Shown: positions 28,809 through 39,228, numbered from the stretch's first letter. The stretch is 64,000 nucleotides of DNA from Minisyncoccota bacterium (GCA_035573955.1 DATLZO010000019.1:161-64160), one strand, 5' to 3'. Numbers and translations: made by a program. The notes: generated from the letters alone by a model not told the origin.

Positions 28809-29570
28809 TTCGATTACTCAGGATGAATATCAAAAGCAAATACCACGGCGGGACGCCATTGCTACTCTAGCCATTTTGTCATGGTCATCCGCCGCGGACG
28901 GCGGATTTTTAATTAAAGTCCGACGGATTTCATCCTCGAGCGCCACTTGATAATTTCAAATTGGGCAAGAAGATGAACTTTTTTACAAGTTCAGGGTCTT
29001 CTAGTTAAAGTAATCGAGCAGAGATAAATTACTCAACAGAGTAAGTTACTCAAATTAAGGGTGGATGGTGGATGCCTAGACACCGAACGGCGAAGAAGGA
29101 CGTGGCGTAGCTGCGATAAGTCTCGGGGAGGTGCGTAGCAACCTTTGATCCGGGAATGTCCGAATGGGGAAACCTGGTAGAGCAAACCTCTATCACTTCA
29201 ACGCAAGTTGAAGAGCGTACCCAGGGAACTGAAACATCTAAGTACCTGGAGGAGCAAAGAACAATAGTTTATTCCGCAAGTAGCGGCGAGCGAAAACGGA
29301 AGAGCCTAAACTGAGCTTTCGACGCAAGTCGGACGCTCAGGGTTGAAAGAGTGAGAACGTCTTTCGAGCTTGAAAGCTTTGAGCTTGAAAGGAGAAGTTA
29401 CAAATCCATTGGTTAGTTGAATCCGCTGGAAAGCGGAGCCATAGTGCGTGATAGCCGCGTAAACGAAAACCAGTGGACTTCTCAGTTTTTATTTCTTAAG
29501 TACCGCGAGGCCAACTAACCTTGTGGGAATCCGGGAGTACTGTCTCCTAAGGCTAAATACGTTCGGCGAT

Positions 29571-29607
<37 letters not shown>

Positions 29608-29670
29608 CAGCCCGGTTAGGGCGGTGAAATAGTACCTGAAACCATCCACTTACAAGGAACAGGAGCTTTA

Positions 29671-29843
29671 TCGCTATCGCTCAAAGTTCCTAAATTCTAA
29701 GCACGAAATCCAAAATTCTAAATAAATTCTAAACTCCAATGTTCAAGATTCAAAACGTTTTGAACATTTGGATTTTAGTGATTGGAGTTTGTTTAGGATT
29801 TAGAAATTAGAAATTAGGATTTGGAAACTTCGAGCGGTAGCGA
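29671..29843 (+). repeat. Intervening sequence in 23S helix 25; heptamer-repeat hairpin
   Basis: Closing stem TCGCTATCGCTC/GAGCGGTAGCGA; arms of AAATTCT-like and complementary units. Confidence 0.85.
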
Positions 29844-30510
29844 GGAGTGACTGTGTGCCTATTGAAGAATGAGCCAACGAGTTTACGTACGCTGCAAAGT
29901 CTAAGCCCCCTCGGGGGTGGAGGCGCAGCGAAAGCGAGTCTTAATAGGGCGAATTTAATCAGTAACACAAGCCTTTTAAGAGGATTGTGTTACCGGTTAA
30001 TAAGCAACGTGCGTAAGACCCGAAACCAGACGAGCTTGCCCTGGCCAGGATGAACTCCCGCGAAAGCGGGAGGGAGGTCCGCACCGGTGAGTCGTGCAAC
30101 GCTCTCGGATGAGCTGGGGTAAGGAGTGAAAAGCTAATCGAGTTTGGTAATAGCTGGTTCTCTCCGAAATAGTTTTCGGACTAGCCTCATATGTTTCCTT
30201 TTGGAGGTAGAGCACTGGAAGATGCGAACAGGGCGCAAGCTCGTCGCATCTATCAAACTCCGAATGCCAAAGGGTAAAAGTATGGGAGTCAGACTGTGGG
30301 GGCTAAGCTCCATGGTCGCGAGGGGAAGAGCCCAGATCGCCGTCTAAGGTCCCAAAGTTCGTACTAAGTGTCAAAGGTAGTTCGTGTCCACAAACAGATA
30401 GGAGGTTGGCTTAGAGGTAGCCATCCTTTAAAGAGTGTGTAACAACTCACTATTCGAGGACGCGGGCGCCAAAAATTTACCGGGGCTCAAGTACGACACC
30501 GAAGACGCGG

Positions 30511-30663
30511 GCCGTTGCGGAGCAACGGAAATCCTAAATCCAAAATCCTAATTTCTAAACAAATCCCAAATCTCAAAATCCAAAACTTTTTTGAGTTTGG
30601 AATATTTGAATTTGTTTAGGATTTAGAGATTAGAATTTAGAGTTTCCGTCGCTTCGCGACGGC
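30511..30663 (+). repeat. Intervening sequence in 23S helix 45; heptamer-repeat hairpin
   Basis: Closing stem GCCGTTGCGGAGCAACGGAAA/TTTCCGTCGCTTCGCGACGGC; arms homologous to the helix 25 insert. Confidence 0.85.
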
Positions 30664-32048
30664 GGTAGGAGAGCATTCCTTGTGCTGCGAAGTCCGATCC
30701 GTGAGGGCGGATGGAGCGCAAGGAAGAGAGAATGTTGGCATGAGTAATCAGCAAAGCGCGTGAAAAACGCGCTCCCCGCAAATCCAAGGTTTCCTCCGCA
30801 ACGCAAATCGACGGAGGGTTAGGCGGCCCTAAGGCGATGGCGAAAGCCGCAGCCGAAGGAGTGCCGGTTAATATTCCGGCCCACCATGCATTTTCGATGG
30901 GGTGACGGAACGCAGTAAGTTCGGTGCCTTAATGGTTTGGCATCCTTGACCGAGAGTGAATTCCAGGGAAATCCGGAATTCTGTCTTCAATGACGAACTT
31001 CAGGGTAGAGGCGAGGCGAGGTTTTTACCTTGCCAAGCGGACCGAGCGCGTTTCCTAGAAAAACCTCTAAGGTTAAAGTGCATAGTTCCGTACCGTAAAC
31101 CGCCACTGGTGGATGAGGCGAGTAGCCTAAGGGGAACGAGTGATTTCTCGCTAAGGAACTCGGCAAAAAAGCTAGGCGTAACTTCGGGATAAGCCTTGCC
31201 TGCCGCAAGGCAGGCCGCAGCTAAAGTTTCTCTGGCGACTGTTTACCAAAAACACAGCTCCCTGCGAACTCGCAAGAGGATGTATAGGGGGTGACACCTG
31301 ACCGATGCGAGAAGGTTAACGGCGGGGACGTTGCGCAGCAATGTGCAAGGTTCACTGCCCGAAGCCCTCGTCAATGTCAGCGGTAACTATAACCGTTCTA
31401 AGGTAGCGCAATTCCTTTCCGGGTAAGTTCCGGAGCGCACGAAAGGTGTAACGACTGGAGAACTGTCTCAGCGAGAAGCTCGATGAAAATGCGATACCCG
31501 TGAAGACGCGGGTTACCGGCAGCAAGACGAAAAGACCCCGGAAGCTTTACTGCAGTTTGGTATTGTTATTAACGTTTGGATGCGTAGCGTAGTGGTGAGC
31601 CTTCGAAGCCGGGATTTCGGTTCCGGTGGAGGCGACAATGAAACAGCCATCTTTCAAGTGTTAATATCTAACCTCTAGGGCCAAAAACCTAGAGGGACAG
31701 TGCCTGACGGGCAGTTTAAATGGGGCATTTTCCTCCTAAAAAGTAACGGAGGAGTCTATTAAGGTCAGCTTGGCGCGGATGGAAATCGCGCCGGACGTGC
31801 AAAGGCATAAGCTGGCTTGACTGCAAGGCTGACAAGCCGCGCAGGCGCGAAAGCGGAGCTTAGCGACCCGACCATTCTTTATAGAAAGATGGGAGACAAC
31901 GGCTAAAAGTTACTCCGGGGATAACAGGCTAGTCTGGTCCGAGAGTCCCTATCGACGACCAGGTTCGGCACCTCGATGTCGGCTCATCACATCCCGGGGC
32001 TGGAGAAGGTCCCAAGGGTTTGGCTGTTCGCCAATTAAAGTGATACGT

Positions 32049-32089
<41 letters not shown>

Positions 32090-32128
32090 TGTTGTCGGCG
32101 TTAATGCTTGAGGGAAGTCGTCCCTAGT

Positions 32129-32892
32129 AAACGACAAATTGCTACTTCACGAAGTAATTCGTGATGACAAAGCGGCTAATAACGGTGGAATCTTAATATT
32201 TGATTATCACCATCGGTCTTGGTGATAATTTACTTGAGGACCAAGAGATGTTAAGATAATACCGTGGGAAGTCGGTCTAACATTCACTATGCGTACATTG
32301 CGGGTTTCCTCGATGGTGACGGAAGCCTCATGTTGCAGGTGAAGAAACGCAAAGAAGGGAAATTGAAACGGCGTTTCATGTTCACGATTTGTTTTTATTA
32401 AGACAGTCGTCATGAACGTCCGCTTTTCTGGATTCGTAGAGTGCTCGGCATTGGTTATATTTCCCGTCGGAATGACGGTATAACCGAGCTGCGCATCAAC
32501 GGTTACAAACAAGCTGCGAGAATATTAAGGGAACTACTGCCGTTTCTAAAATTCAAGAAGCGGCAGGCGGAGGCAATATACAGCGCGGCAAAGCTTTTAG
32601 CGCAAAAGGCGCGAAAAAGATTAACGCGGCAGGAATTGCAGCGGCTTGTGAACTGGATCCTTGTAGTTCAAAAAGAAAACTACGTTACCAGAAAAAAGAA
32701 AACGAAAGCTGATTTCTTGAAGATGTTAGATTTGACCCCGTAACGACTTGTTCCGGATGGCAAGTCCGGACGGAGTTGGAAAATGCGAAGCTATCATTTT
32801 TCAGCTAATACGCCGCCTCCAAGCCCCGGTTTTGAGAAAACTGGAGCTGGATGAAGATATAGTCTACGCACGTAGTGATACGTGGTTACGTG
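32129..32892 (+). mobile_element. Group I intron in the 23S sarcin-ricin loop
   Basis: Exons join as CCTAGT|ACGAGAGGACC; U before the 5' site, terminal G, P1 with U-G pair, R (GTAACGACT) and S (GAAGATATAGTC) elements. Confidence 0.92.
32264..32743 (+). pseudogene. Intron-encoded LAGLIDADG homing endonuclease with in-frame TAA at 32399-32401
   Basis: YIAGFLDGDGSL motif; same frame as ORF 32441..32743 after a single stop. Confidence 0.88.
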
Positions 32893-32971
32893 ACGAGAGG
32901 ACCGGGATGAACGAACCTCTGGTCTACGAGCTCTACCACCAGGTGGAATGCTCGGTAGCTATGTTCGGACG

Positions 32972-33005
<34 letters not shown>

Positions 33006-33023
33006 CTCCCAAGATTAGGCGGA

Positions 33024-33292
33024 GCGTCCTCTGTACAAATTCCGCGATTATTGGCCAGAAAGATTTTTTATATCTGGCTAGGCGCGAGGAGTGATGTGTA
33101 GTCGAAGACTACATGAGCGACGAGCAACAACGCCAGAAGAAAAAAGATTCTGGCCCGTAGGGAAGCTCAAAATTAAGCGATCTCTGCGTTGCTCCTCCTC
33201 AATGTGGTTTTCGACCACACTTTCGTCGTCGCATCTTGAGCTCATCATAATTTTGAGCTTCCAATACATCGTGGCATTTGTGCAGAGGGCGC
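33024..33292 (+). other. Structured insertion in 23S helix 98
   Basis: Closing stem GCGTCCTCTGTACAAAT/ATTTGTGCAGAGGGCGC between conserved CCCAAGATTAG and GAAGACTACCACGTTGATAGG. Confidence 0.8.
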
Positions 33293-33460
33293 CGGATTCG
33301 TGGAAGACTACCACGTTGATAGGCCATAGGTGTAAGCGCGGCAACGCGTTTAGCCGAGTGGTACTAATAAATCCGAATTCTCGATATCTTTAGCTTGAGG
33401 ACCCCGGACTTGTCAAAAAGCTCATCTTTAGTCCACTGATCGAGCACCAAGGTTTTTGTT

Positions 33461-33574
33461 TGCTGGTGTTTCACTCGCACGTGCTCCACCTCTTCCCATT
33501 CCGAACAGAGAAGTGAAAGCGTGCGAGCCTGATGATACTGCGCTTCGCGCGTGGGACAGTAGGGTATGCCAGCA
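33461..33574 (+). rRNA. rrf: 5S rRNA
   Basis: CCCATTCCGAAC, GAAGTGAA, TGCTGG/CCAGCA stem; flanking processing stem. Confidence 0.95.
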
Positions 33575-33611
33575 TACAAAAGCCCTGGTGCTTTTTGTTT
33601 GGAGCGGTTCC

Positions 33612-34889
33612 TTATCCCAGCCGGTCGTTTTGGATGAAAACCCGCAAGCCGTGGAGCCATATTTTAATTGCTTTCCACGGATTCATAATGGAAAGTAAAT
33701 AATTTAACTCCACAATGCCTTTGAAAAACCACGCGAGAAGTCCCGAGATCACCATCGGGCCGATTTTAGCGATCACGTATTTGCCGCCGACAGGAATGAT
33801 GTAGGGGTAATTCATAGGTTTGTAAACATATTGTTTTACCTTTTTCGTGAGGTAATTTTGCTTTTTGATATCTTCAATAATGTTTTTAGCAGCGATTTTA
33901 CCTTGGGTAATAGCGGCCCGGGCGATTTGGGGTACGGGCAGGTTTGTTTCAGGATTCAAAATGCAGGCAATGTCACCTATAGCGTAAATTTTGCTATGGA
34001 TTTTTAAATTAGCGTTCTCCGGCAGACATTCCAATCCACTCAAGATCTCTATACGTCCCCGTTTTTCTTTCTTCACGGGCATTTTCTCAGTAAGTGGTAT
34101 CGCTTTCACGCCGCCAGCCCAGACTAAAATGTCGTAGGCAATGCGCTCGCCGCTCGCAAGTATTATTTCTTTTTGAGTCACTTTGTCTACCCGCTCGTTC
34201 CGGATGAGAACGACGCCGATTTTTTTAAGGCGACGCTCCACTTTTTTCACCACCCGTTCGTCAAAACCCGGGAGGATATTCTCTGAACCCTCAATAATCA
34301 TTACGTCAAAATTACAAGATTTGTTTACTTCTTCCTTAAGTTCGCAAACCCATTCTTTAATTTCGCTTGCGAGTTCCACGCCGGTTGGGCCGCCCCCGCC
34401 GATTACCACTCGCAACCTCTCTTCGCCAGCCTCAACTTTGGACCAAATGGCGTCCCGCAGGCGGATGGCGTCCATGAAAGTTTTAAGAGGGAAAGCGTGG
34501 TCTTCCAGGCCAAACATGTTAAAATAGTTCGTTTCTGCTCCTAAGGCGACTATCAAATATTCAAACCTTATTTTTGACTGCTTTAAATGTACCAGTCCTT
34601 CCTGAACGTCAATATGGATAACATTATCGTTTGCGACTCTTATATTTTTGTTTTTGAAAAGCTCGGCAAAAGGAAAGCTCACCAGCGATTTCAGCTCAAT
34701 GTAATCAGCTAGATTTTTGGAAGTGGTCGCGACTTCATAAAGAAGGGGAGTAAAGGTATGGTAAGGTTCTTTATCCACCAGGATTATTTCGTAATCGTTC
34801 CATACTTGCAGGCGCTTCAATTTTTTCTCCAAGGTGAGCGCTGCTTGCACGCCGCCAAAACCGCCGCCTAAAATTACGATATTTTTCAT
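33612..34889 (-). CDS. ndh: Type II NADH dehydrogenase-like FAD oxidoreductase
   Basis: ILGGGFGG, IGGGGPTGVELA, YAIGD. Confidence 0.85.
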   Translation of the reverse strand: MKNIVILGGGFGGVQAALTLEKKLKRLQVWNDYEIILVDKEPYHTFTPLLYEVATTSKNLADYIELKSLVSFPFAELFKNKNIRVANDNVIHIDVQEGLVHLKQSKIRFEYLIVALGAETNYFNMFGLEDHAFPLKTFMDAIRLRDAIWSKVEAGEERLRVVIGGGGPTGVELASEIKEWVCELKEEVNKSCNFDVMIIEGSENILPGFDERVVKKVERRLKKIGVVLIRNERVDKVTQKEIILASGERIAYDILVWAGGVKAIPLTEKMPVKKEKRGRIEILSGLECLPENANLKIHSKIYAIGDIACILNPETNLPVPQIARAAITQGKIAAKNIIEDIKKQNYLTKKVKQYVYKPMNYPYIIPVGGKYVIAKIGPMVISGLLAWFFKGIVELNYLLSIMNPWKAIKIWLHGLRVFIQNDRLG

Positions 34890-34912
34890 AAATCAGGTTA
34901 TAATACCAACTA

Positions 34913-36022
34913 ATGCCTATTCATTATATCAGTCGGGGAAATTCTGAGAAATTCCGTGGCAGATCGGTCCTCTTACGGGTCGATTTAAACGTTGAGCCGG
35001 CGCCCGGGAGAATTACTTTCCGGCTCGCGTCGGTAATGCCCACCATACGTTTTTTACTTGCGCATGGTGCGCGTGTTGTGATTTTAAGTCATCGCGGCCG
35101 TCCTCGCGGCTACTCGAGGAAATTATCCATGCGCCCGTTTGTACCTATTCTGCAGAAAGAATTGCGGCAAAATATTGGATTTATAACGACTTTCAATCTT
35201 CCAAATAAAGGAAGAGTTTTCTTAGTGGAAAACCTGCGGTTTTGGCACGGTGAGGAAAAAAACGATGCGAATTTCGCCAAAAAACTGGCGCGTTTGGGAG
35301 ATTTTTATGTTAATGATGCTTTTGCCGTCTCGCACCGAAAAAACGCTTCGGTCGTTGCAATAACAAAATACTTGCCGTCCTACGCCGGCCTTTTGTTTGA
35401 AAGAGAAGTAAAAAATTTAGGTGGTATACTTAAATATACCACTAATCCCTTTGTCATAATTTTGGGCGGCAGCAAAGCCTCGGATAAGATTGGGATGATG
35501 AAGTATTTCTGGAATAAAGCCGACTATTTCCTGCTCGGCGGCGGGCCCGCGAACACTTTTTTTGCCGCAAAAGGCCTGCCGATAGGTGATTCGCTTATTG
35601 ACCGAGGTTCGATTTCACAAGTATTGAGACTAATTCGTAAGGAAATCGAGCCTCGCAAAATTGTTCTTCCCGTCGACGTGAAGATAAAAGACAGAAAGAT
35701 TCTGGATATCGGCGACGGTACTACCCGTAAATATAGTATCCTTATTAGAAAGGCACGGACGATTATCTGGAACGGGCCGATGGGTCAGTTTGAAAAGCGG
35801 GGTTTCGGCGAGGGAACAGCAGCTATCTGGAAGGCGATTCTACGCAATAGTAAAGCCAAAATAATTGTCGGCGGCGGCGAAACCACTGCTTCATCTGACC
35901 TCATTTCTAATTTCTCATCTCTAATTTCTAGAAAGAAAAATCTTTTCCTTTCCACGGGCGGCGGCGCGATGTTGGAATTTTTATCCGGTAAAAAATTACC
36001 TGGAATTGAGGTGTTAAAATAA
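34913..36022 (+). CDS. pgk: Phosphoglycerate kinase
   Basis: RVDLNV, SHRGRP, VNDAFAVSHR, WNGPMG, STGGGA. Confidence 0.96.
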   Translation: MPIHYISRGNSEKFRGRSVLLRVDLNVEPAPGRITFRLASVMPTIRFLLAHGARVVILSHRGRPRGYSRKLSMRPFVPILQKELRQNIGFITTFNLPNKGRVFLVENLRFWHGEEKNDANFAKKLARLGDFYVNDAFAVSHRKNASVVAITKYLPSYAGLLFEREVKNLGGILKYTTNPFVIILGGSKASDKIGMMKYFWNKADYFLLGGGPANTFFAAKGLPIGDSLIDRGSISQVLRLIRKEIEPRKIVLPVDVKIKDRKILDIGDGTTRKYSILIRKARTIIWNGPMGQFEKRGFGEGTAAIWKAILRNSKAKIIVGGGETTASSDLISNFSSLISRKKNLFLSTGGGAMLEFLSGKKLPGIEVLK

Positions 36023-36025
36023 ACT

Positions 36026-36639
36026 ATGTATCCTGAACAACCAAAATTTGAGCGTGAAATTACCACCGGTGAGCAACTAGAATTCATAGGGTCTGTTTTT
36101 GAAAAAGAAGCGCCAGTGTGGCTGATTGGTGGGTATGCAGAAGACGCCCTCTTATACGAGGGGGTTAGTTCAGGACATGGAGACGTGGATTTAGTGGCTC
36201 TACGGGACGATGAGAAACGACTAGAGGATTATTTTAGACAGAAAGGGTTTTCGGTTACGCCAATCGTAGAAGCTGGCTCAGAAAAGCCGCTTAAATTTTC
36301 CTTAGAGAGGGGTGGCGTGAAAGTCGATGTAGGATTTATAGATTATGATGAGACGAAAAAACAGCCATATGTAGATGTAGAAGGTCGAGAAAAAAGAAAA
36401 TTTAGAGTGTTTTTAGACAAAGACATGTTTAAGTATAATCCAACAAAGTTAGGTGACATTGAAGTAAAAACAGTTTCTCCACTTAGTATCATTCAGGTAC
36501 GAGAGGCTTTTTATTAATCGGCCGTCAAGGTCGTGAGACAAGAGAAATTGATGTTCAAAAACAAGAGGCGTTGAAGGAAAAGTTTTTTTCTGATAAGAGT
36601 CCGGAAGCAGTTCAACCAGAAATTATTGAACTTAAATAA
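36026..36639 (+). pseudogene. Nucleotidyltransferase (LinA/ANT(2'')-like fold), apparently frameshifted near 36510
   Basis: WLIGGYAEDALL...HGDVDL; the -1 frame continues about 42 codons to TAA 36639. Confidence 0.6.
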
Positions 36640-36645
36640 GTATTC

Positions 36646-37500
36646 ATGAAGTCCATAGTTGTTATATACCACGCGAACTGCCCCGACGGTTTCGGCGCAG
36701 CTTATGCCGCCTGGAAAAAATTCGGCAACAGAGCCGATTATTTCGCCGTAAAACCGCACCAACTTCCACCCAATTCTCTTCGAAACAAAGAAGTTTACAT
36801 TTTGGACGGCTCTTACCCTGCCCAGCTTATTAAAGAACTTAAAAGAACCAGTAAAAGGGTTGTGATAATTGACCACCACATCAGCAATAAAAAGGAGATT
36901 AAATATGCCTCGGATTATTTATTTGATTTAAACCATTCCGGCGCTTACCTCGCTTGGCAATATTTCCATCCTAAGAAAAAAGTTCCCAAACTGCTCCGAT
37001 ATATAGAGGAGGGTGATTTATGGAAGTTTAAATCTCCTCAAATCCACACGTTATTGGCTTACATTTATTCACTTCCTTATGACTTTAAAGTTTGGGACAA
37101 TATTTGCCGCAGAATGGAGAAACTAAGCGAGAAGAAAAAGTATATTGCGCTCGGCAAAGTAATTTCCGATTACGACGCCCGTATTGTAAAAGCGATTGCT
37201 GAAAAAGCGGAGCTTGTGAAATTCGGTAAATATAAGATTCTGGCGGTTAATTTTCCGCTTAGAAAATATACCTCGGAAGTGGCGCATAAACTTTACCGTC
37301 GCCGGCCACCGATCGGCATTGTCTGGCATGTCTCGCCGGACGGCATCAAAGTTTCGTTGCGTTCCAACGGAAAAGTGAACGTGGCAAAGATCGCCGAAAA
37401 GTATGGGGGCGGTGGTCATAGGGCGGCGTCAAGTTTTATTCTGCCGCGAAATGCGAAATTACCCTGGAAAGTCATAAACGTCAAAAAGATTAAAAAATAA
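36646..37500 (+). CDS. DHH/DHHA1 family phosphoesterase
   Basis: YHANCPDG, IDHH, SLRS, GGGGHRAAS. Confidence 0.9.
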   Translation: MKSIVVIYHANCPDGFGAAYAAWKKFGNRADYFAVKPHQLPPNSLRNKEVYILDGSYPAQLIKELKRTSKRVVIIDHHISNKKEIKYASDYLFDLNHSGAYLAWQYFHPKKKVPKLLRYIEEGDLWKFKSPQIHTLLAYIYSLPYDFKVWDNICRRMEKLSEKKKYIALGKVISDYDARIVKAIAEKAELVKFGKYKILAVNFPLRKYTSEVAHKLYRRRPPIGIVWHVSPDGIKVSLRSNGKVNVAKIAEKYGGGGHRAASSFILPRNAKLPWKVINVKKIKK

Positions 37501-37552
37501 AGTGAAACACACAGGTGGTATGTTCAAATATACCACCCCAATCATTAAAAAA

Positions 37553-37981
37553 GTGGGAAAATTAACTATTTATACAGACGGAGGAGCGAGAGGTAATCCC
37601 GGACCGGCAGCGATCGGCGTTTTGGTAGAAGACCCTTCGGCAAGCTCAGGACGGGTAAAAAGCTACAGCGAGGCGATAGGGAATACGACAAACAATGTTG
37701 CCGAATACCGGGCCGTCATTTTTGCGCTCACGAAGGCCAAAGCGTTGCTCGGCGCCGACAAAGCCAAGGAAACAGAATTAGAAATCCGCTCCGACAGTGA
37801 ACTCGTGGTAAGTCAATTGAAAGGCGAATACAAAATAAAAGACAAAGATCTCCAGCCACTCTTCGTTGAGGTTTGGAACAAGATGCAGAATTTCAAAAAA
37901 GTGGAATTCGTTCTCATCCCGCGCGAGAAGAATAAAGAAGCCGATGCGCTCGTGAATCGCGCTCTGGATACGTTATTTTAA
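37553..37981 (+). CDS. rnhA: Ribonuclease HI family protein
   Basis: YTDGGARGNPGPA, TNNVAEY, SDSELV, NKEADAL; start 37553 or 37502. Confidence 0.92.
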   Translation: MGKLTIYTDGGARGNPGPAAIGVLVEDPSASSGRVKSYSEAIGNTTNNVAEYRAVIFALTKAKALLGADKAKETELEIRSDSELVVSQLKGEYKIKDKDLQPLFVEVWNKMQNFKKVEFVLIPREKNKEADALVNRALDTLF

Positions 37982-38138
37982 ATTTCAATCGTTTCGGGTT
38001 GTGATGATTTACTGGTCTCAAAAACCCATATGGGTTTTTGAACCCGTTTTAATTTGACAAAAAGTTAATTTTTATATTAATGTTTTAAGCAGCATCTTAT
38101 TGTTAATCCAAACACAAACATCGGAGAAAGGAACCTAA

Positions 38139-38789
38139 ATGATGTTTGAAGCGATTTTACTCGCTTGGGCTGTAGCGGCAAGCTTTGCTTCCGTGGTTTT
38201 CTTCGCACAATGGCGGCGGAGCAAACGGAGATTTAAGCACGTCACCATGAATGATGAACTCACTGGTCTTTTGAACCGCCACGGTTTTTGGGATCAGGTG
38301 GAGCGCTTCATTAAAGTGACGGTTTCCGCCAAGGTCGGCGCGCAGCGAGCGTCTTTCGTCGTGAAAGATTTCTCGCTTATTGTGTTTGACATTGACCGTT
38401 TCAAAGAGCTTAACGACATGTTCGGTCATAGGTGTGGGGACGCTGTTCTTCGGAGAGTCGCCGAGACGGTGACATCCGCCATCAGGGAAGTGGATTTGGC
38501 TTGCCGCTGGGGCGGTGAGGAGATAGTAGTCGGTCTCGTCGGCGCTGGGCAGCAGAAAGCACTGGAGATAGCCGAGCGTGTGAGGGAGACAGTTGAAAAG
38601 TCTCCAATCATGTGGGATAGCGGCGATATTGTTCGGTTCACTGTCTCCGGCGGTGTCTCGAGCGTGAACGGCGCCAAAAACTTCGATGAGCTTCTGGAAA
38701 TGGCCGATAAAGCCCTCTATCTCGCGAAGGCCGGTGGCCGCAACCGCATTGTCGCTTACGAATCGTCGAGCACTAAGCCCGGAAGATGA
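38139..38789 (+). CDS. Membrane-anchored diguanylate cyclase
   Basis: DELTGLLNR, DIDRFKELND, RxxD I-site, GGEEI. Confidence 0.92.
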   Translation: MMFEAILLAWAVAASFASVVFFAQWRRSKRRFKHVTMNDELTGLLNRHGFWDQVERFIKVTVSAKVGAQRASFVVKDFSLIVFDIDRFKELNDMFGHRCGDAVLRRVAETVTSAIREVDLACRWGGEEIVVGLVGAGQQKALEIAERVRETVEKSPIMWDSGDIVRFTVSGGVSSVNGAKNFDELLEMADKALYLAKAGGRNRIVAYESSSTKPGR

Positions 38790-38833
38790 TTTCCGGGCTT
38801 GCTTTTTACCAAAAAATGCGCTTATATTGTTTT

Positions 38834-39193
38834 CGGTAAGTCAAGCGATAGCTCCGATTCCGCAAGGTTTTGGAGAGGAAAGTCCGGACACCCTCCCGGC
38901 CGTGCGCCGGGATAAAAATGTAGCGGATAACGTCCGTCGTCCGCAAGGATAGAGGTGCGAGCAGTGACGTCCCGAGCCGAAAGGCGAGGGAGGACCTAAT
39001 CTCAAGCTAATCGGTCCAATCCCGCGATAGAGATAGAAAAGCGGGAGTGAAACGGCTAAATCCTTACAGGGTGCAAGGCTGTGCCCCGGGAGACCGGGGA
39101 ATGCCGCTCGAGTCCGGGAGTAATCCCGGTCCTAGATGAATTATCGCTAAGGTGTATAATCACCCGAAACAGAATCCGGCTTACGACTTACCG
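38834..39193 (+). ncRNA. rnpB: RNase P RNA
   Basis: GAGGAAAGTCCGG, ACAGAATCCGGCTTA, P1 stem CGGTAAGTC/GACTTACCG. Confidence 0.95.
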
Positions 39194-39228
39194 CAGAAAC
39201 CCGCCGCAAGGCGGGTTTCTGTTATTTA
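39194..39228 (+). terminator. Terminator after rnpB
   Basis: CAGAAACCCGCC-GCAA-GGCGGGTTTCTG. Confidence 0.75.

Noticed and set aside
29671-30663. CRISPR array in the repeat-rich stretches
   Set aside because: Units are degenerate 7-mers in hairpins within rRNA, with no repeat-spacer pattern and no cas genes
32399-32401. Stop-codon reassignment explaining the broken endonuclease
   Set aside because: TAA, TAG and TGA all terminate conserved genes in this window, so the standard code 11 fits
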